This document shows positions 10,285 to 19,879 of a stretch of DNA of 41,796 nt, in pieces; the stretch's first letter is position 1, and each line of letters opens with the position of its first letter. This stretch comes from Candidatus Saccharimonadota bacterium (GTDB lineage Bacteria; Patescibacteriota; Saccharimonadia; Saccharimonadales; SZUA-47): contig JAYSZA010000007.1 of NCBI GenBank assembly GCA_043727115.1, forward strand, positions 1-41,796, in the 5' to 3' direction. Below the pieces are notes generated by a model that did no database searches, was not told the DNA's origin, and was given only the letters and a program-made list of their open reading frames with translations. Made by a program: the position numbers and the translations under genes.

Positions 10285-11394
10285 CTACTGTAAATTATCT
10301 TTATAGAGTTTTTCGTACTTATCTACGACTTTTTCGTAATCGAATTGCTTAACATAGTCTTTGGCCCATTTTTGCCAGACTAGCCTCAGATCATCGTCTT
10401 CCATCATAAGTTGCATTCGGTCCGCATAGGCAGCGGGATCGTTACAGTCAACTAGCGACAATCTGCCTGTGTCTTTTAGTACCCATTTATAGCCATCATT
10501 TGGATGAGCAACTATGGGTGCTCCCGTTGCCATTGCTTCCGCTAGGACTATGCCGAAACTCTCTCCATACAATGCAGGGGAGGTGTAAATTCCGCAAGTG
10601 CTAAGTAGTTCAAGTTTAGTTTTGTCATCAATAAAACCGAGAAACTCAACATCCTGTATATCATGGTCATCGACATATTGCTGCAAACTCCTTCTAAGCG
10701 GACCGTCTCCTGCGATTTTGAGTTTTGCATCTGGTTTTGATTTTTTTAGTTCCTCAAATGCTTTTATAGTCTGCCGCGCGCCTTTGCGTTTTTCTAAACG
10801 GCCGAGAAACAGAATCATATTTTTATCACGAGGTTTTGCTGGCACTACGTAAGAAGATATATGTATGCCGTTTGGAATGTAATTTATAGGTAGTTCTGTA
10901 TATGCGTCTATATAGCCAATTGCGGCAGGCGAGACTGCGGTGATTACGTCTACGTGAGGCAACACAAGCCGCGCATAAGTCTTGTAAGTCCCTAGCAGTG
11001 ATTTACCGAGTGCATTACCGGGAAGCGCAGCATGAAAAGTACCGACACGCAGTGCTCGACCCTCGGCGTGCGTCAATAGTTGTCTTGCCGCGATTGGAAT
11101 TAGAGGTTCATGTACATGAATAACGTCGTAATTATTAGAGAGTGCCTTATCTATAATTTCGTTATCAATTGACACTGAAACGTCAGCGCTTGTTGCGCTG
11201 GGAGTTTTGATACGTCTGGAATCTCCTAAAAACTCGACCCCGTCAGGAATACTCTTTCCGACCGAACGCGGTTTTGGCGTGAATATTGTTACCTTATGAC
11301 CTCGTTCACGAAGAATTTTTGCCTGGTAAATAACGTGCTCTTGGACGCCTCCGGATTTGAATATGTTATATGGAGTAAATATTGCTATTTTCAT
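10285..11394 (-). CDS. GT4 glycosyltransferase, PimA-like (phosphatidylinositol mannosyltransferase-like)
   Basis: PY...GGVQEH, HVHEP, GTFH, FLGRLEKRKG, GESFGIVLAEAMA. Confidence 0.9.
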   Translation of the reverse strand: MKIAIFTPYNIFKSGGVQEHVIYQAKILRERGHKVTIFTPKPRSVGKSIPDGVEFLGDSRRIKTPSATSADVSVSIDNEIIDKALSNNYDVIHVHEPLIPIAARQLLTHAEGRALRVGTFHAALPGNALGKSLLGTYKTYARLVLPHVDVITAVSPAAIGYIDAYTELPINYIPNGIHISSYVVPAKPRDKNMILFLGRLEKRKGARQTIKAFEELKKSKPDAKLKIAGDGPLRRSLQQYVDDHDIQDVEFLGFIDDKTKLELLSTCGIYTSPALYGESFGIVLAEAMATGAPIVAHPNDGYKWVLKDTGRLSLVDCNDPAAYADRMQLMMEDDDLRLVWQKWAKDYVKQFDYEKVVDKYEKLYKDNLQ

Positions 11395-12341
11395 GCTAAG
11401 CTCATTAGTAATTTCTTAACGCTTTTAGGAATAAATGGGTCAGCCTCTTCCTTGGTTGCAAGAATAGTTGGCGCGTGGCTAGGAATTACTGCTTCGTGTT
11501 CAGTAAAATCAGAAAATATTACCCTCATATGCTGTTCAACTACACTGTGGTCAAAGTACTGGTCACCTGCAACAGAGATATGATGCACTGGCAGCGAAAC
11601 TTGCTGTTTACAGTTATCGATGTTTAGCATTTGAAGCCCCATCGCCATATACGTTCTAGTGTCGTCTTGTCGCCATAATTCAACTTCGAATTCGATTGCG
11701 GCTTTTTTATCTTCTGGCGTCATATTTGCCAGCTTCTTTTTTGCATTAAATGTTTTTGAGTATGCTGTGCGTATAACTGTTGGATGAAGCAAAACATTAT
11801 AGAAAAATGCTGCAGGTAATTTATGCATAAATACTGAGCTTAGAGTGCGGTAGAATAGCATGCGCGAACGGCTAAAGGCGTAGTCATAGCGGTGAGAGAA
11901 GCCCACAACGCTTATAAGTATTTCGACTTTGTCGCAGATCTCCGGATATCTCTGTAGCACGCGTGTTACAATTGCGAAACCAAGCGACATACCTACAATT
12001 GATATCTTTTTTCCTTTGTAGCGTAGTTTAATAAACGACGCCAGATAGTCAGCCATAGTATCTATATTAGGCTTCATATCAATCTTGTAAAAACTCTCCA
12101 TACCTCCGCAACCAGGTAGATCAGGCATGGTGACCGTCCCAAACATACTCAGTGCTTCTGCGATGCCGTACATTCGCTCTAGGCTGGAGTGATGTCCGTA
12201 TATTAGCAAGATTTCTTTTTTTTGCTCTCCAGGTCTGGATGACGTTGATGACAACCTCAGCATACGACCACTCAACCCATTCATATTAAGAGACTTAATA
12301 TGTTTTTGCATAGGTATCAACTGTTCTTGTAGATTTTTCAT
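11391..12341 (-). CDS. Alpha/beta-fold hydrolase (start uncertain, 12341-12383)
   Basis: Oxyanion region YGHHSS, PDLPGCG, nucleophile elbow GMSLG, D (GDQY) and H (SHAP) triad candidates; overlaps the GT4 start. Confidence 0.8.
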   Translation of the reverse strand: MKNLQEQLIPMQKHIKSLNMNGLSGRMLRLSSTSSRPGEQKKEILLIYGHHSSLERMYGIAEALSMFGTVTMPDLPGCGGMESFYKIDMKPNIDTMADYLASFIKLRYKGKKISIVGMSLGFAIVTRVLQRYPEICDKVEILISVVGFSHRYDYAFSRSRMLFYRTLSSVFMHKLPAAFFYNVLLHPTVIRTAYSKTFNAKKKLANMTPEDKKAAIEFEVELWRQDDTRTYMAMGLQMLNIDNCKQQVSLPVHHISVAGDQYFDHSVVEQHMRVIFSDFTEHEAVIPSHAPTILATKEEADPFIPKSVKKLLMSLA

Positions 12342-12416
12342 ATATTTAAATGTGGCTTTAGAACAACTGTACCTTAGTTCCACCTAGTCATCAACTACAA
12401 CTTCTAATCTCTCGGG

Positions 12417-13292
12417 TTAGTAATTAAGTAGCTCGATACCAACATATACATATTCCCAAGCCTCGGGGTCGGGTCCTTGCAAGTCCGCGTCAATTGGGTA
12501 ACTAGGGATAAAGCCGTATTTTTTTGCCTTTTCGTAGTTATTTTTCTCTAACCAATCGTTGCAATTAGAATCCTTGAAATTCTCAAATACCCAGCCAGCA
12601 CACAGTAGATCAAAAACGTAACCTGTATGGTGTTTGGAATAACCCGGGATAGAGGTAGTGACCAATAATTCATCTATCTCAGCGTCTGCTGTACCGGCCT
12701 CTACATCCGAGACTTTTACGCCCGTAGCATTCAATCTAGATACAAACAGTTCTCTCTGCTCATCCACGCCACGATAAGCTGAAACAATACTCATATTTAT
12801 ACCCTCTGCGGCTGCTTCGGATTTCAAGGCTTGCCATGATTTTGCAACGACATCATGAAGCGGGTAGCCATCAACATTAGAAAGAGCACCTTGCGGACTT
12901 CTACGTAACTTGTAACCCCTGGTTTCTGCAAACAGTCTAATTCTGGCATCCGCAACTTCATTTCCTGTTATTGACGGCGGCAGCTCAACCCTAACTGTGT
13001 TTGGCAATATCAGATTATCGAACAATAGCCTGAATTCATTGCCACTAAACTGCCTTAGGCCCGTTTTCTTTTCCTCTATCTCGTTTACGACCTGTTCATT
13101 GGGCGCAGTAACGGAAACTGTGACTTCTTCCTCAGGTTGTGTAGGGGTTTTCTCTTCACTTAGCACATATAGAGTAACGCCTGCAGATATTAGCAAAATT
13201 AGCAGAATAAGCTTCTTTCTTCTAAAAAATGCGCTTTTTGTAGGCTTTTTATCGTCTCTGCTAGAAAACTTACTTGGTTCAATAACTCTCAT
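12417..13292 (-). CDS. Membrane-anchored M15B/VanY-like D,D-carboxypeptidase
   Basis: N-terminal TM, SAYR...Q, PGYSKHHTG..FD, KYGFI..YP, EAWE in place of EPWH. Confidence 0.85.
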   Translation of the reverse strand: MRVIEPSKFSSRDDKKPTKSAFFRRKKLILLILLISAGVTLYVLSEEKTPTQPEEEVTVSVTAPNEQVVNEIEEKKTGLRQFSGNEFRLLFDNLILPNTVRVELPPSITGNEVADARIRLFAETRGYKLRRSPQGALSNVDGYPLHDVVAKSWQALKSEAAAEGINMSIVSAYRGVDEQRELFVSRLNATGVKVSDVEAGTADAEIDELLVTTSIPGYSKHHTGYVFDLLCAGWVFENFKDSNCNDWLEKNNYEKAKKYGFIPSYPIDADLQGPDPEAWEYVYVGIELLNY

Positions 13293-13378
13293 GTATAAAT
13301 ACTAGTATAACTTACGTAGTATTTGGTGACATCACTAAAGACGATGATTGCTCAGATGCAAGGTATACAATATATAGT

Positions 13379-13744
13379 ATGGATAAGAATTTTGATTTGC
13401 TTGTGGCCGAGGCCATAGATAATATACCTGCTCAGTACCAGGAGAAATTAAAAAATGTAGTCTTCAAAACAGAAGATGAGCCTTTGGAAGAACAAAGGAT
13501 GAAGTTAGGTTTGCGCAAATGTGACGCACTTTTTGGTCTCTACGAAGGAGTTCCCCTAACTAAGCGGGGCGGGGCTGTACATTCAATAGTACCAGATGTA
13601 ATAACTGTATTTAGAATTCCAATGATACACATCTATCAGAACCAACAAGAGCTCAAAAAACAAATTTTCGAAACTGTTTGGCATGAAGTGGCTCACTATT
13701 TTGGATTAAATCACAAAGATATTCACAGCGCTAAGAGTAAATAG
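13379..13744 (+). CDS. Minimal zincin-like metallopeptidase (Zincin_1/DUF1025 type)
   Basis: LFGLYEGVP, PD.ITVFR.P, HEVAHYFG. Confidence 0.88.
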   Translation: MDKNFDLLVAEAIDNIPAQYQEKLKNVVFKTEDEPLEEQRMKLGLRKCDALFGLYEGVPLTKRGGAVHSIVPDVITVFRIPMIHIYQNQQELKKQIFETVWHEVAHYFGLNHKDIHSAKSK

Positions 13745-13763
13745 TTTTTTAAATTTGGATTCA

Positions 13764-13796
13764 AAAAATACAGCCAGAAAATCTAGCTGTATTTTT
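13764..13796. terminator. Bidirectional intrinsic terminator
   Basis: AAAAATACAGC-CAGAAAATCTA-GCTGTATTTTT inverted repeat between convergent genes. Confidence 0.8.
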
Positions 13797-13815
13797 GGTG
13801 TCACTTTTTTACACT

Positions 13816-15045
13816 TTAGTGAGTAACAAAGGTTACTGCATGACCTTTGGTTCCGGCACGGCCAGTTCTACCAATACGGTGCGTGTAGTCGTCGTATGTC
13901 TGAGGAACATCGTAGTTTACGACGTGCGATATTCCGTCTACGTCGATTCCGCGAGCAGCAACATCAGTTGCAACTAAAATCTTTACTCGTCCTTCTTTGA
14001 AGTTCTTTAGAGCACGTTGTCTCTGACTCTGGCTCTTATTTCCGTGCATAGCATCGGACGTAAAACCGCGTATTACTAATTCTTTGGCTAACGCTTCTGT
14101 TGAGCGCTTGGTTTCACAGAAAATAAGTGTTCGTTCTACATCGTCATTGTTCAGCAAGTCGTGTAGTTTGTCTAGCTTATCGGTTTTTTCGAAGTAATGC
14201 ATGACTGACTGTTCGACGTTATCACTAGTCTCAGTAGTTCTTGCCATAACAGTAGTAGGAGAGGCAGTAAATGTACCGATTAGACTTTCGATAGTTGGGC
14301 TCATAGTTGCCGAGAAAAACAATGATTGACGGTTTTCTTTTGGCAAGTTGCTCAAAATTTCACGAATATCATTGATGAATCCCATGTCTAACATACGGTC
14401 AACTTCGTCTAGTACTATCGTAGAGACTTTAGACAGTTTCAATGTTCCGCGTTCCATGTGATCCTTAACTCGTCCTGGAGTACCGATAATAATCTCAGGA
14501 TTGCGTTGCAAGTCACGTAGTTGACGGTTCATTGGTGTTCCACCGATAAGTAGTACGTCAAATAGTCGTCCACCTTTGGCAAATATACGACCCTCTTCTT
14601 GAATTTGCAAAGCAAGTTCACGTGTTGGTGCAAGTATTAGTACTTTTTCACCACGGTTAGCCATCAGTTTATTTAGAGTCGGCAGTAAGAAAGCCGCTGT
14701 CTTACCAGTTCCAGTGTTTGCAATACCAATTACGTCACGGCCTTCAAGGGCGTGAGGGATGGCTTTGTCCTGCACCTGAGTAGGCACCGTATAGTTACGG
14801 CCCACTAGGTTTTGTTTGAGAGTATCATTAAGCGCAAAATCTGCGAATGTATTAACAGGAGAATAAACTTCCGCCTCAACCGGAGCTGCTGCTTTCACAA
14901 ATCGCTTAGGATCAATTGTTTGACCAAAACGTCGTTTGCCAGAGCTTCGGCCTCTACTACCAGAGCTTGATGAACTGTGATAACTTTTACGTCCACCAAA
15001 AGCAGACGGTCGGCTCGACTTGCGAGCCGGAGAATAATTCCCCAT
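13816..15045 (-). CDS. DEAD-box RNA helicase (likely start ATG 15045; ORF is open to 15168)
   Basis: Q motif PTQVQ, GTGKT, PTRELA, GTPGR, DEVD, SAT, ARGID, HRIGRTGR. Confidence 0.95.
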   Translation of the reverse strand: MGNYSPARKSSRPSAFGGRKSYHSSSSSGSRGRSSGKRRFGQTIDPKRFVKAAAPVEAEVYSPVNTFADFALNDTLKQNLVGRNYTVPTQVQDKAIPHALEGRDVIGIANTGTGKTAAFLLPTLNKLMANRGEKVLILAPTRELALQIQEEGRIFAKGGRLFDVLLIGGTPMNRQLRDLQRNPEIIIGTPGRVKDHMERGTLKLSKVSTIVLDEVDRMLDMGFINDIREILSNLPKENRQSLFFSATMSPTIESLIGTFTASPTTVMARTTETSDNVEQSVMHYFEKTDKLDKLHDLLNNDDVERTLIFCETKRSTEALAKELVIRGFTSDAMHGNKSQSQRQRALKNFKEGRVKILVATDVAARGIDVDGISHVVNYDVPQTYDDYTHRIGRTGRAGTKGHAVTFVTH

Positions 15046-15344
15046 ATTTATTTGCGCTTCGCTATTCGATGGACAACCTACGGTTTTCCTCGACGCGCGG
15101 GACAGGCGAATAAATCGTCTGTTCCGGCTGCTCTTTTCCCTTCGGCCGCAGAGCTGCGGGCGAAACATCCTTTCTATAGATTAGTTAGTTTTTTACTAGC
15201 GTATTTTGAGACTAGAGTTTTCAGCATTCTTATCTGAAATCAAACCCCAAAAAGGCTTGTTGCCCCTCTAAAACCGCTTGTGAACTAATCTAATAATTGA
15301 TCAATATTCGGGATTCAAGAAAAACAATTACTATTATTATAGCA
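15046..15344 (-). promoter_or_regulatory. Promoter and long structured 5' leader of the DEAD-box helicase gene
   Basis: TGC-TATAAT (-10 at 15341-15336); 10-bp inverted repeat at 15177-15186/15283-15292; SD AGAAAGGA at 15175-15168; structured block 15055-15167. Confidence 0.65.
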
Positions 15345-15367
15345 CAAGAATTATTTTTTGCCTAATT

Positions 15368-15661
15368 CTATAGTTCGAACGTATCGAATCTACTATCTTG
15401 GCTTTTTTCTAGAGAAAGGTTAGTTAGTCTGTTCCTAGAGAAATGAGTGACGATAGACGTAATAGTTATAAATACAAGTCCACTGATACAGGTGCGGAGT
15501 AGGCTTGCTTGAGCGCTAAATACTAGATACGTGCCACTGGCTAGTGTCGATCCTATTAGAACGTATGAAGCCTTTAGCTTTGCGTTTGAAGGGTTAACAA
15601 ATGAGAGCGCAGATACAATAATGCTAGATACGGCAATGATGACGTGAATAAGTATAATCAT
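15368..15661 (-). CDS. Small membrane protein (3 TM)
   Basis: Hydrophobic 97-aa ORF; TGA-TATTAT 6 nt upstream of the ATG. Confidence 0.75.
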   Translation of the reverse strand: MIILIHVIIAVSSIIVSALSFVNPSNAKLKASYVLIGSTLASGTYLVFSAQASLLRTCISGLVFITITSIVTHFSRNRLTNLSLEKSQDSRFDTFEL

Positions 15662-15700
15662 TATTCAATAATATCACTATTAACCGAGCTTTGGAATGGT

Positions 15701-16573
15701 TCATGGTAACCAAGAGTTGACTGAGATCATGACTGAAAAAACTATCAACACGAATAGAGAAGACTTGAATACGCTTCTTGCCCAGATATCACTATCTTTC
15801 AAATTAATTTTCAAGCCTTTGAGCCCAATTGAAAGCCACCAGAGACCGATTCCCAGAACTACTGCTGTGTAGGCCACCCCTGTGTAGCCGTAGACTGTTA
15901 ATAGCATTGAGGCAACTATGAAGAGAACTGTATAGATTATTATCTGATAAATCGTGGGCTTTTTGCCGCTGACTACGGGCAAAACAGGCAATGACGCATC
16001 TTTGTAATCTTTGGACCTGTACATCGCAATAGCGTAGAAGTGGGGCATTTGCCATGCGGCAAGAGCCACAAATAACAAAACAGCACCAGCGTCGATTCTG
16101 CCCGATACAGCTACGTAGCCGGCAACAGGAGGCAGAGAACCAGATATGCTCCCAACGAGTGTCCCGTGAACAGACTTGCGCTTAAAATAGCCATAGATCA
16201 ATACATAGAATATAAAGCCAGCTATACCAATGAGCATAGTTATATAGTTAACCAAAGCGCCTAATATTCCGAGGCCTACTATTCCCAAGACTGCACCGTA
16301 GACCAAGGCCGATCGTTTGGATATTTCACCTGTTACGAGCGCCCGTCTCTCCGTGCGTTTCATCTTGCGGTCTATATCTATATCTATGTAGTTATTGACA
16401 ACGCAGCCAGATGCTATGACGAGTGCGATTCCGGCAAGAGTGTAGAGCAGTTGCAAAATATCAATATTTCCATTAGATGCAAGCAGAAATCCAGCTGTGG
16501 CACTAAACAAATTTCCTTTTATGATTCCTGGTTTAGCTAGCAGGTAATAGGCTCTTATGGTTTTTTTGTTCAT
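15701..16573 (-). CDS. cyoE: Protoheme IX farnesyltransferase (heme O synthase); likely start MNKK at 16573
   Basis: LAKPGI, NNYIDIDIDRKMKRT.RR, G.ISGSLPP..GY, WQMPHFYAIA, DY..A.LP.LP. Confidence 0.95.
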   Translation of the reverse strand: MNKKTIRAYYLLAKPGIIKGNLFSATAGFLLASNGNIDILQLLYTLAGIALVIASGCVVNNYIDIDIDRKMKRTERRALVTGEISKRSALVYGAVLGIVGLGILGALVNYITMLIGIAGFIFYVLIYGYFKRKSVHGTLVGSISGSLPPVAGYVAVSGRIDAGAVLLFVALAAWQMPHFYAIAMYRSKDYKDASLPVLPVVSGKKPTIYQIIIYTVLFIVASMLLTVYGYTGVAYTAVVLGIGLWWLSIGLKGLKINLKDSDIWARSVFKSSLFVLIVFSVMISVNSWLP

Positions 16574-16673
16574 CAGTAAAAATAATACCATAATCAGTTA
16601 AAATGCTTTTTGGCTATGTTAAAGGCATACTATCTATAGTAAATACGGACTAGTTGTATTATTATTTTTGTAT

Positions 16674-17090
16674 ATGGATCAATTCGGAACATCACAAAAA
16701 ATAGTTATCGTAGAAGATAACGCATCGTTATCTGACATTTATAAGATACGGCTTGAGTTACTTGGCTATACATGTTTTATAGCAGGCGACGGCGAAGAAG
16801 CACTTGCGGTCATTGAGCGCGAAATTCCAGATTTAGTTTTGCTAGATATTATGATTCCGAAGATTTCAGGAGACCAAGTTCTCAAAACTATGCGTGAAAG
16901 TAGCTGGGGCAAATACATCAAAGTATTCATTATCTCAAACCTGAACGAAGCCGACGTACCATTAGACCTGAGAGAACAGGGAATTGAAGGATACGCAGTT
17001 AAGGCAAACTTAACAAATGACCAAATCGATAAACTAGTCGACGCGATTCTACTACCTCCTGACCAAACCGAAGCTTCAGTCCTAGAATAA
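16674..17090 (+). CDS. Stand-alone response regulator receiver (CheY-like)
   Basis: IVIVEDN, PDLVLLDIMIP..SG, IISN, YAVKA; no output domain. Confidence 0.9.
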   Translation: MDQFGTSQKIVIVEDNASLSDIYKIRLELLGYTCFIAGDGEEALAVIEREIPDLVLLDIMIPKISGDQVLKTMRESSWGKYIKVFIISNLNEADVPLDLREQGIEGYAVKANLTNDQIDKLVDAILLPPDQTEASVLE

Positions 17091-17160
17091 GTTTTGGTAT
17101 ATTCGTACTATTAATCTTTTTGTAATCTGTTTGGGATAGTCAAGGTGCTAAACTAACTAC

Positions 17161-18765
17161 ATGTACAGTGAAGCAGGCGGGGCTAGTCACAAAAGAGTAG
17201 GTGGGAAGAGACGCAAACTTCTAACTGCTGTCCTTTTTTTGATTCTTGTTGCCGCTGGCGCATACTATAAATTTTTCACTCCAACTCCAGTAGAAAAGGC
17301 AGTCGAACAACTTCATTTCAGCGCAAGCGTCAGCGAATCCGAGAAGCAGACTATCAAGCAAGCTATCCAGAAGCAGTCAAAAACCTACCAAGGAATAATT
17401 ACTGCGAGTGTCAAAACTACTTTGGAGCCGAGCGTTAGTTCACACATACTAGCTGCTTATGTCCCAGTCACTGACCTATACTCAACGCGTCAATCTATAA
17501 CTTTAGCTGAGTTTAAAAGTGTAAAAACATATGTGAGTCCAGAAATCGATGAAACTAGCCGAGCAGCAGTTGCCGCCGTGCTTGGTATAGACCAAACTAG
17601 CCTTACAAAACTAGGAAAAGAGCTGAAGGATATAGAAGAAACTGCCATTGTATTCATACCCGCAGACCAAATAAGCTCAGATATAAAGCTCCTTACATTT
17701 GACGGTAAATACTATCTAGATTCATTCCAGCAAGGTGCGATTTTCCGCCAAGCCGAGTTTACCGGTGACTCAGCGGCTAGCTTGCAAGACTTAGAAATTA
17801 GCACATTATTGTCCAAAGATAGCGTTCTGAAGGTAAATATGACCGGAGTAACTGCTCTAACTAGGGTCATGATGACTAAACTAGCGTCCGTCAAGGATCC
17901 TCTGTATTTCAGCAAGCTAATCGGTGAATATTTGGCAGACGCGGACATCACTCATGTGTCTAACGAGGTCTCCTTCAAGCCTGGTTGTGATATTAGCTAC
18001 ACCGTTTTTTGCTCACCTCCAGAAATGATTGAGGTGTTGAAGGCCAGCGGTGTCGATTTGGTAGAACTGACCGGTAATCACAATAACGACACTGGAAGTC
18101 AGTTCAATACAGAAACTATTAATTTGTATAAAACTCTTGGCTGGCAAACCATTGGTGGAGGACTGAATACGGAAGAGGCTGCGAAATTCTATACAGCCGA
18201 CCAAAAAGGCTCTAAAGTCTCCTTTCTGGCCTACAATTACCCAGATTCACCGAATGGTGGAGCTATTTCAGGCCAAGACAAAGCTGGCGCTAATAGTTTT
18301 GATTTTGACAAAATAAAACTGGATATTGAAAACGCCAAGAAAGTATCTGGTTTTGCCGTTGTAAACGTTCAGTTCTGGGAATGTTATGCATATCCTGATG
18401 GCTACGTGGAGTTTCCGCAGTGCGATGGACCAATTCCAAACCAAAAAGAAGTTTTCAGAAAGTTGGTTGATCTGGGTGCCGATATGGTTATAGGTAGTTC
18501 AGCCCACCAGCCACAGACATATGAACTCTACAACGGAAAACCAATATATTACGGCCTTGGTAATTTGTACTTTGACCAGACTCAGTGGCCAGGAACAGAG
18601 CGCGGGATTATCCTGACTCACTATTTTATGGGCGGGAAGCTTATGCAGACAAAACTTGCACCGACGGTATACGGCAAAGAATTGCAGACTCGTCTAATGA
18701 CAGATGAGGAGTCGCAATATCTGCTGGAGCGACTCAGAGTATCTAGGATAGAATCCGGCCTCTGA
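17161..18765 (+). CDS. Membrane-anchored CapA/PgsA-family metallophosphatase-fold protein
   Basis: N-terminal TM; SNE, LTGNHNND, GADMVIGSSAHQPQ, YGLGNLYFDQ. Confidence 0.85.
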   Translation: MYSEAGGASHKRVGGKRRKLLTAVLFLILVAAGAYYKFFTPTPVEKAVEQLHFSASVSESEKQTIKQAIQKQSKTYQGIITASVKTTLEPSVSSHILAAYVPVTDLYSTRQSITLAEFKSVKTYVSPEIDETSRAAVAAVLGIDQTSLTKLGKELKDIEETAIVFIPADQISSDIKLLTFDGKYYLDSFQQGAIFRQAEFTGDSAASLQDLEISTLLSKDSVLKVNMTGVTALTRVMMTKLASVKDPLYFSKLIGEYLADADITHVSNEVSFKPGCDISYTVFCSPPEMIEVLKASGVDLVELTGNHNNDTGSQFNTETINLYKTLGWQTIGGGLNTEEAAKFYTADQKGSKVSFLAYNYPDSPNGGAISGQDKAGANSFDFDKIKLDIENAKKVSGFAVVNVQFWECYAYPDGYVEFPQCDGPIPNQKEVFRKLVDLGADMVIGSSAHQPQTYELYNGKPIYYGLGNLYFDQTQWPGTERGIILTHYFMGGKLMQTKLAPTVYGKELQTRLMTDEESQYLLERLRVSRIESGL

Positions 18766-18818
18766 AGTTGGTCTGTCCTGAAAAAAAGCAGTAGCAATTT
18801 GCTACACTAGTAAGTCCG

Positions 18819-19814
18819 ATGGGCAAAAGAAATATATACAAATTAAACCGGCAATCTAAATCACGTAAATGGCGTAAAATTACTTTCGTATTGCCTGTCT
18901 TTGCGGCTTTATTTGTCGTAGGTTCCCATAGCTTTAAAGCAGACCTTGATTTAACGCCTCGAACTACTCAATCTACTGCGCAGCAGGTCTCTAGACCGAC
19001 TGAGCCACCATATGATTTATCGGCAGTCACATTCCCTAGTGAAGGACAATCTGCAATTGGCACGCTAGACTTTGGTGTTATCAGGACATCAACTCAGACA
19101 GAGCAGATTACTCCGATGGCAAGCATTACAAAAATCATCACAGCACTAGCAATACTAGAAAAAGCGCCACTGGACCCAGGTGAGAAGGGTGACACAATTA
19201 CACTAACCGCCCAGGATGAGCAGTATTATCATGAATATCTTGCCATGCAGGGAACAATAACTCCCGTTACTGCAGGGCTTACGATGACGCAATATGATGC
19301 ACTACAAGCGATACTGCTGCCATCGTCGAACAACATTGCCGACACATTAGTCGATAGATACTTCCGGACGCGAGAAGAGTATTTGAACTATGCGAACGAA
19401 ATGCTATCTAGATTTGGACTTCAGTACACACAAGTTGCAGATGCTAGTGGCTTCTCCCCTCAAAGTGTCAGCACACCTTCAGAAATGATAGTAATTGGCC
19501 AGAAGGCATTACAGAACCCAGTAATCGCAGAGATAGTTGCTCAAGCAAAAGCGACAATTGCGCTAGCGGGCGAGGTTCGAAACTATAACCCACTAATACT
19601 TGAGCCAGGCGTTAATGGAATAAAGCCAGGAACGACAGACGAAGCCGGATATTGCTTGCTATTTTCTGTTAATATTGCTGACAAATCAGGCAAAAACACT
19701 ACAGTTATTGGAGTTGTAATGGGGCTAAGGGCTAACCTTACATACTTAACTGAAATTGAAACAATGCTTACAAGTACCCGTAATACGATCGAAAATCAGG
19801 AAGCGAAGCCCTAG
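18819..19814 (+). CDS. Serine D-Ala-D-Ala carboxypeptidase (S11, DacA-like)
   Basis: PMASITK (SxxK), LLPSSNN (SxN), DASG, GIKPGTT.EAGYCL. Confidence 0.9.
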   Translation: MGKRNIYKLNRQSKSRKWRKITFVLPVFAALFVVGSHSFKADLDLTPRTTQSTAQQVSRPTEPPYDLSAVTFPSEGQSAIGTLDFGVIRTSTQTEQITPMASITKIITALAILEKAPLDPGEKGDTITLTAQDEQYYHEYLAMQGTITPVTAGLTMTQYDALQAILLPSSNNIADTLVDRYFRTREEYLNYANEMLSRFGLQYTQVADASGFSPQSVSTPSEMIVIGQKALQNPVIAEIVAQAKATIALAGEVRNYNPLILEPGVNGIKPGTTDEAGYCLLFSVNIADKSGKNTTVIGVVMGLRANLTYLTEIETMLTSTRNTIENQEAKP

Positions 19815-19879
19815 GCCGTAAATTACTAGTTTAGTTCTGCTCAACATAAATTGTGTTTACTGCAGATATTTTGATTATT

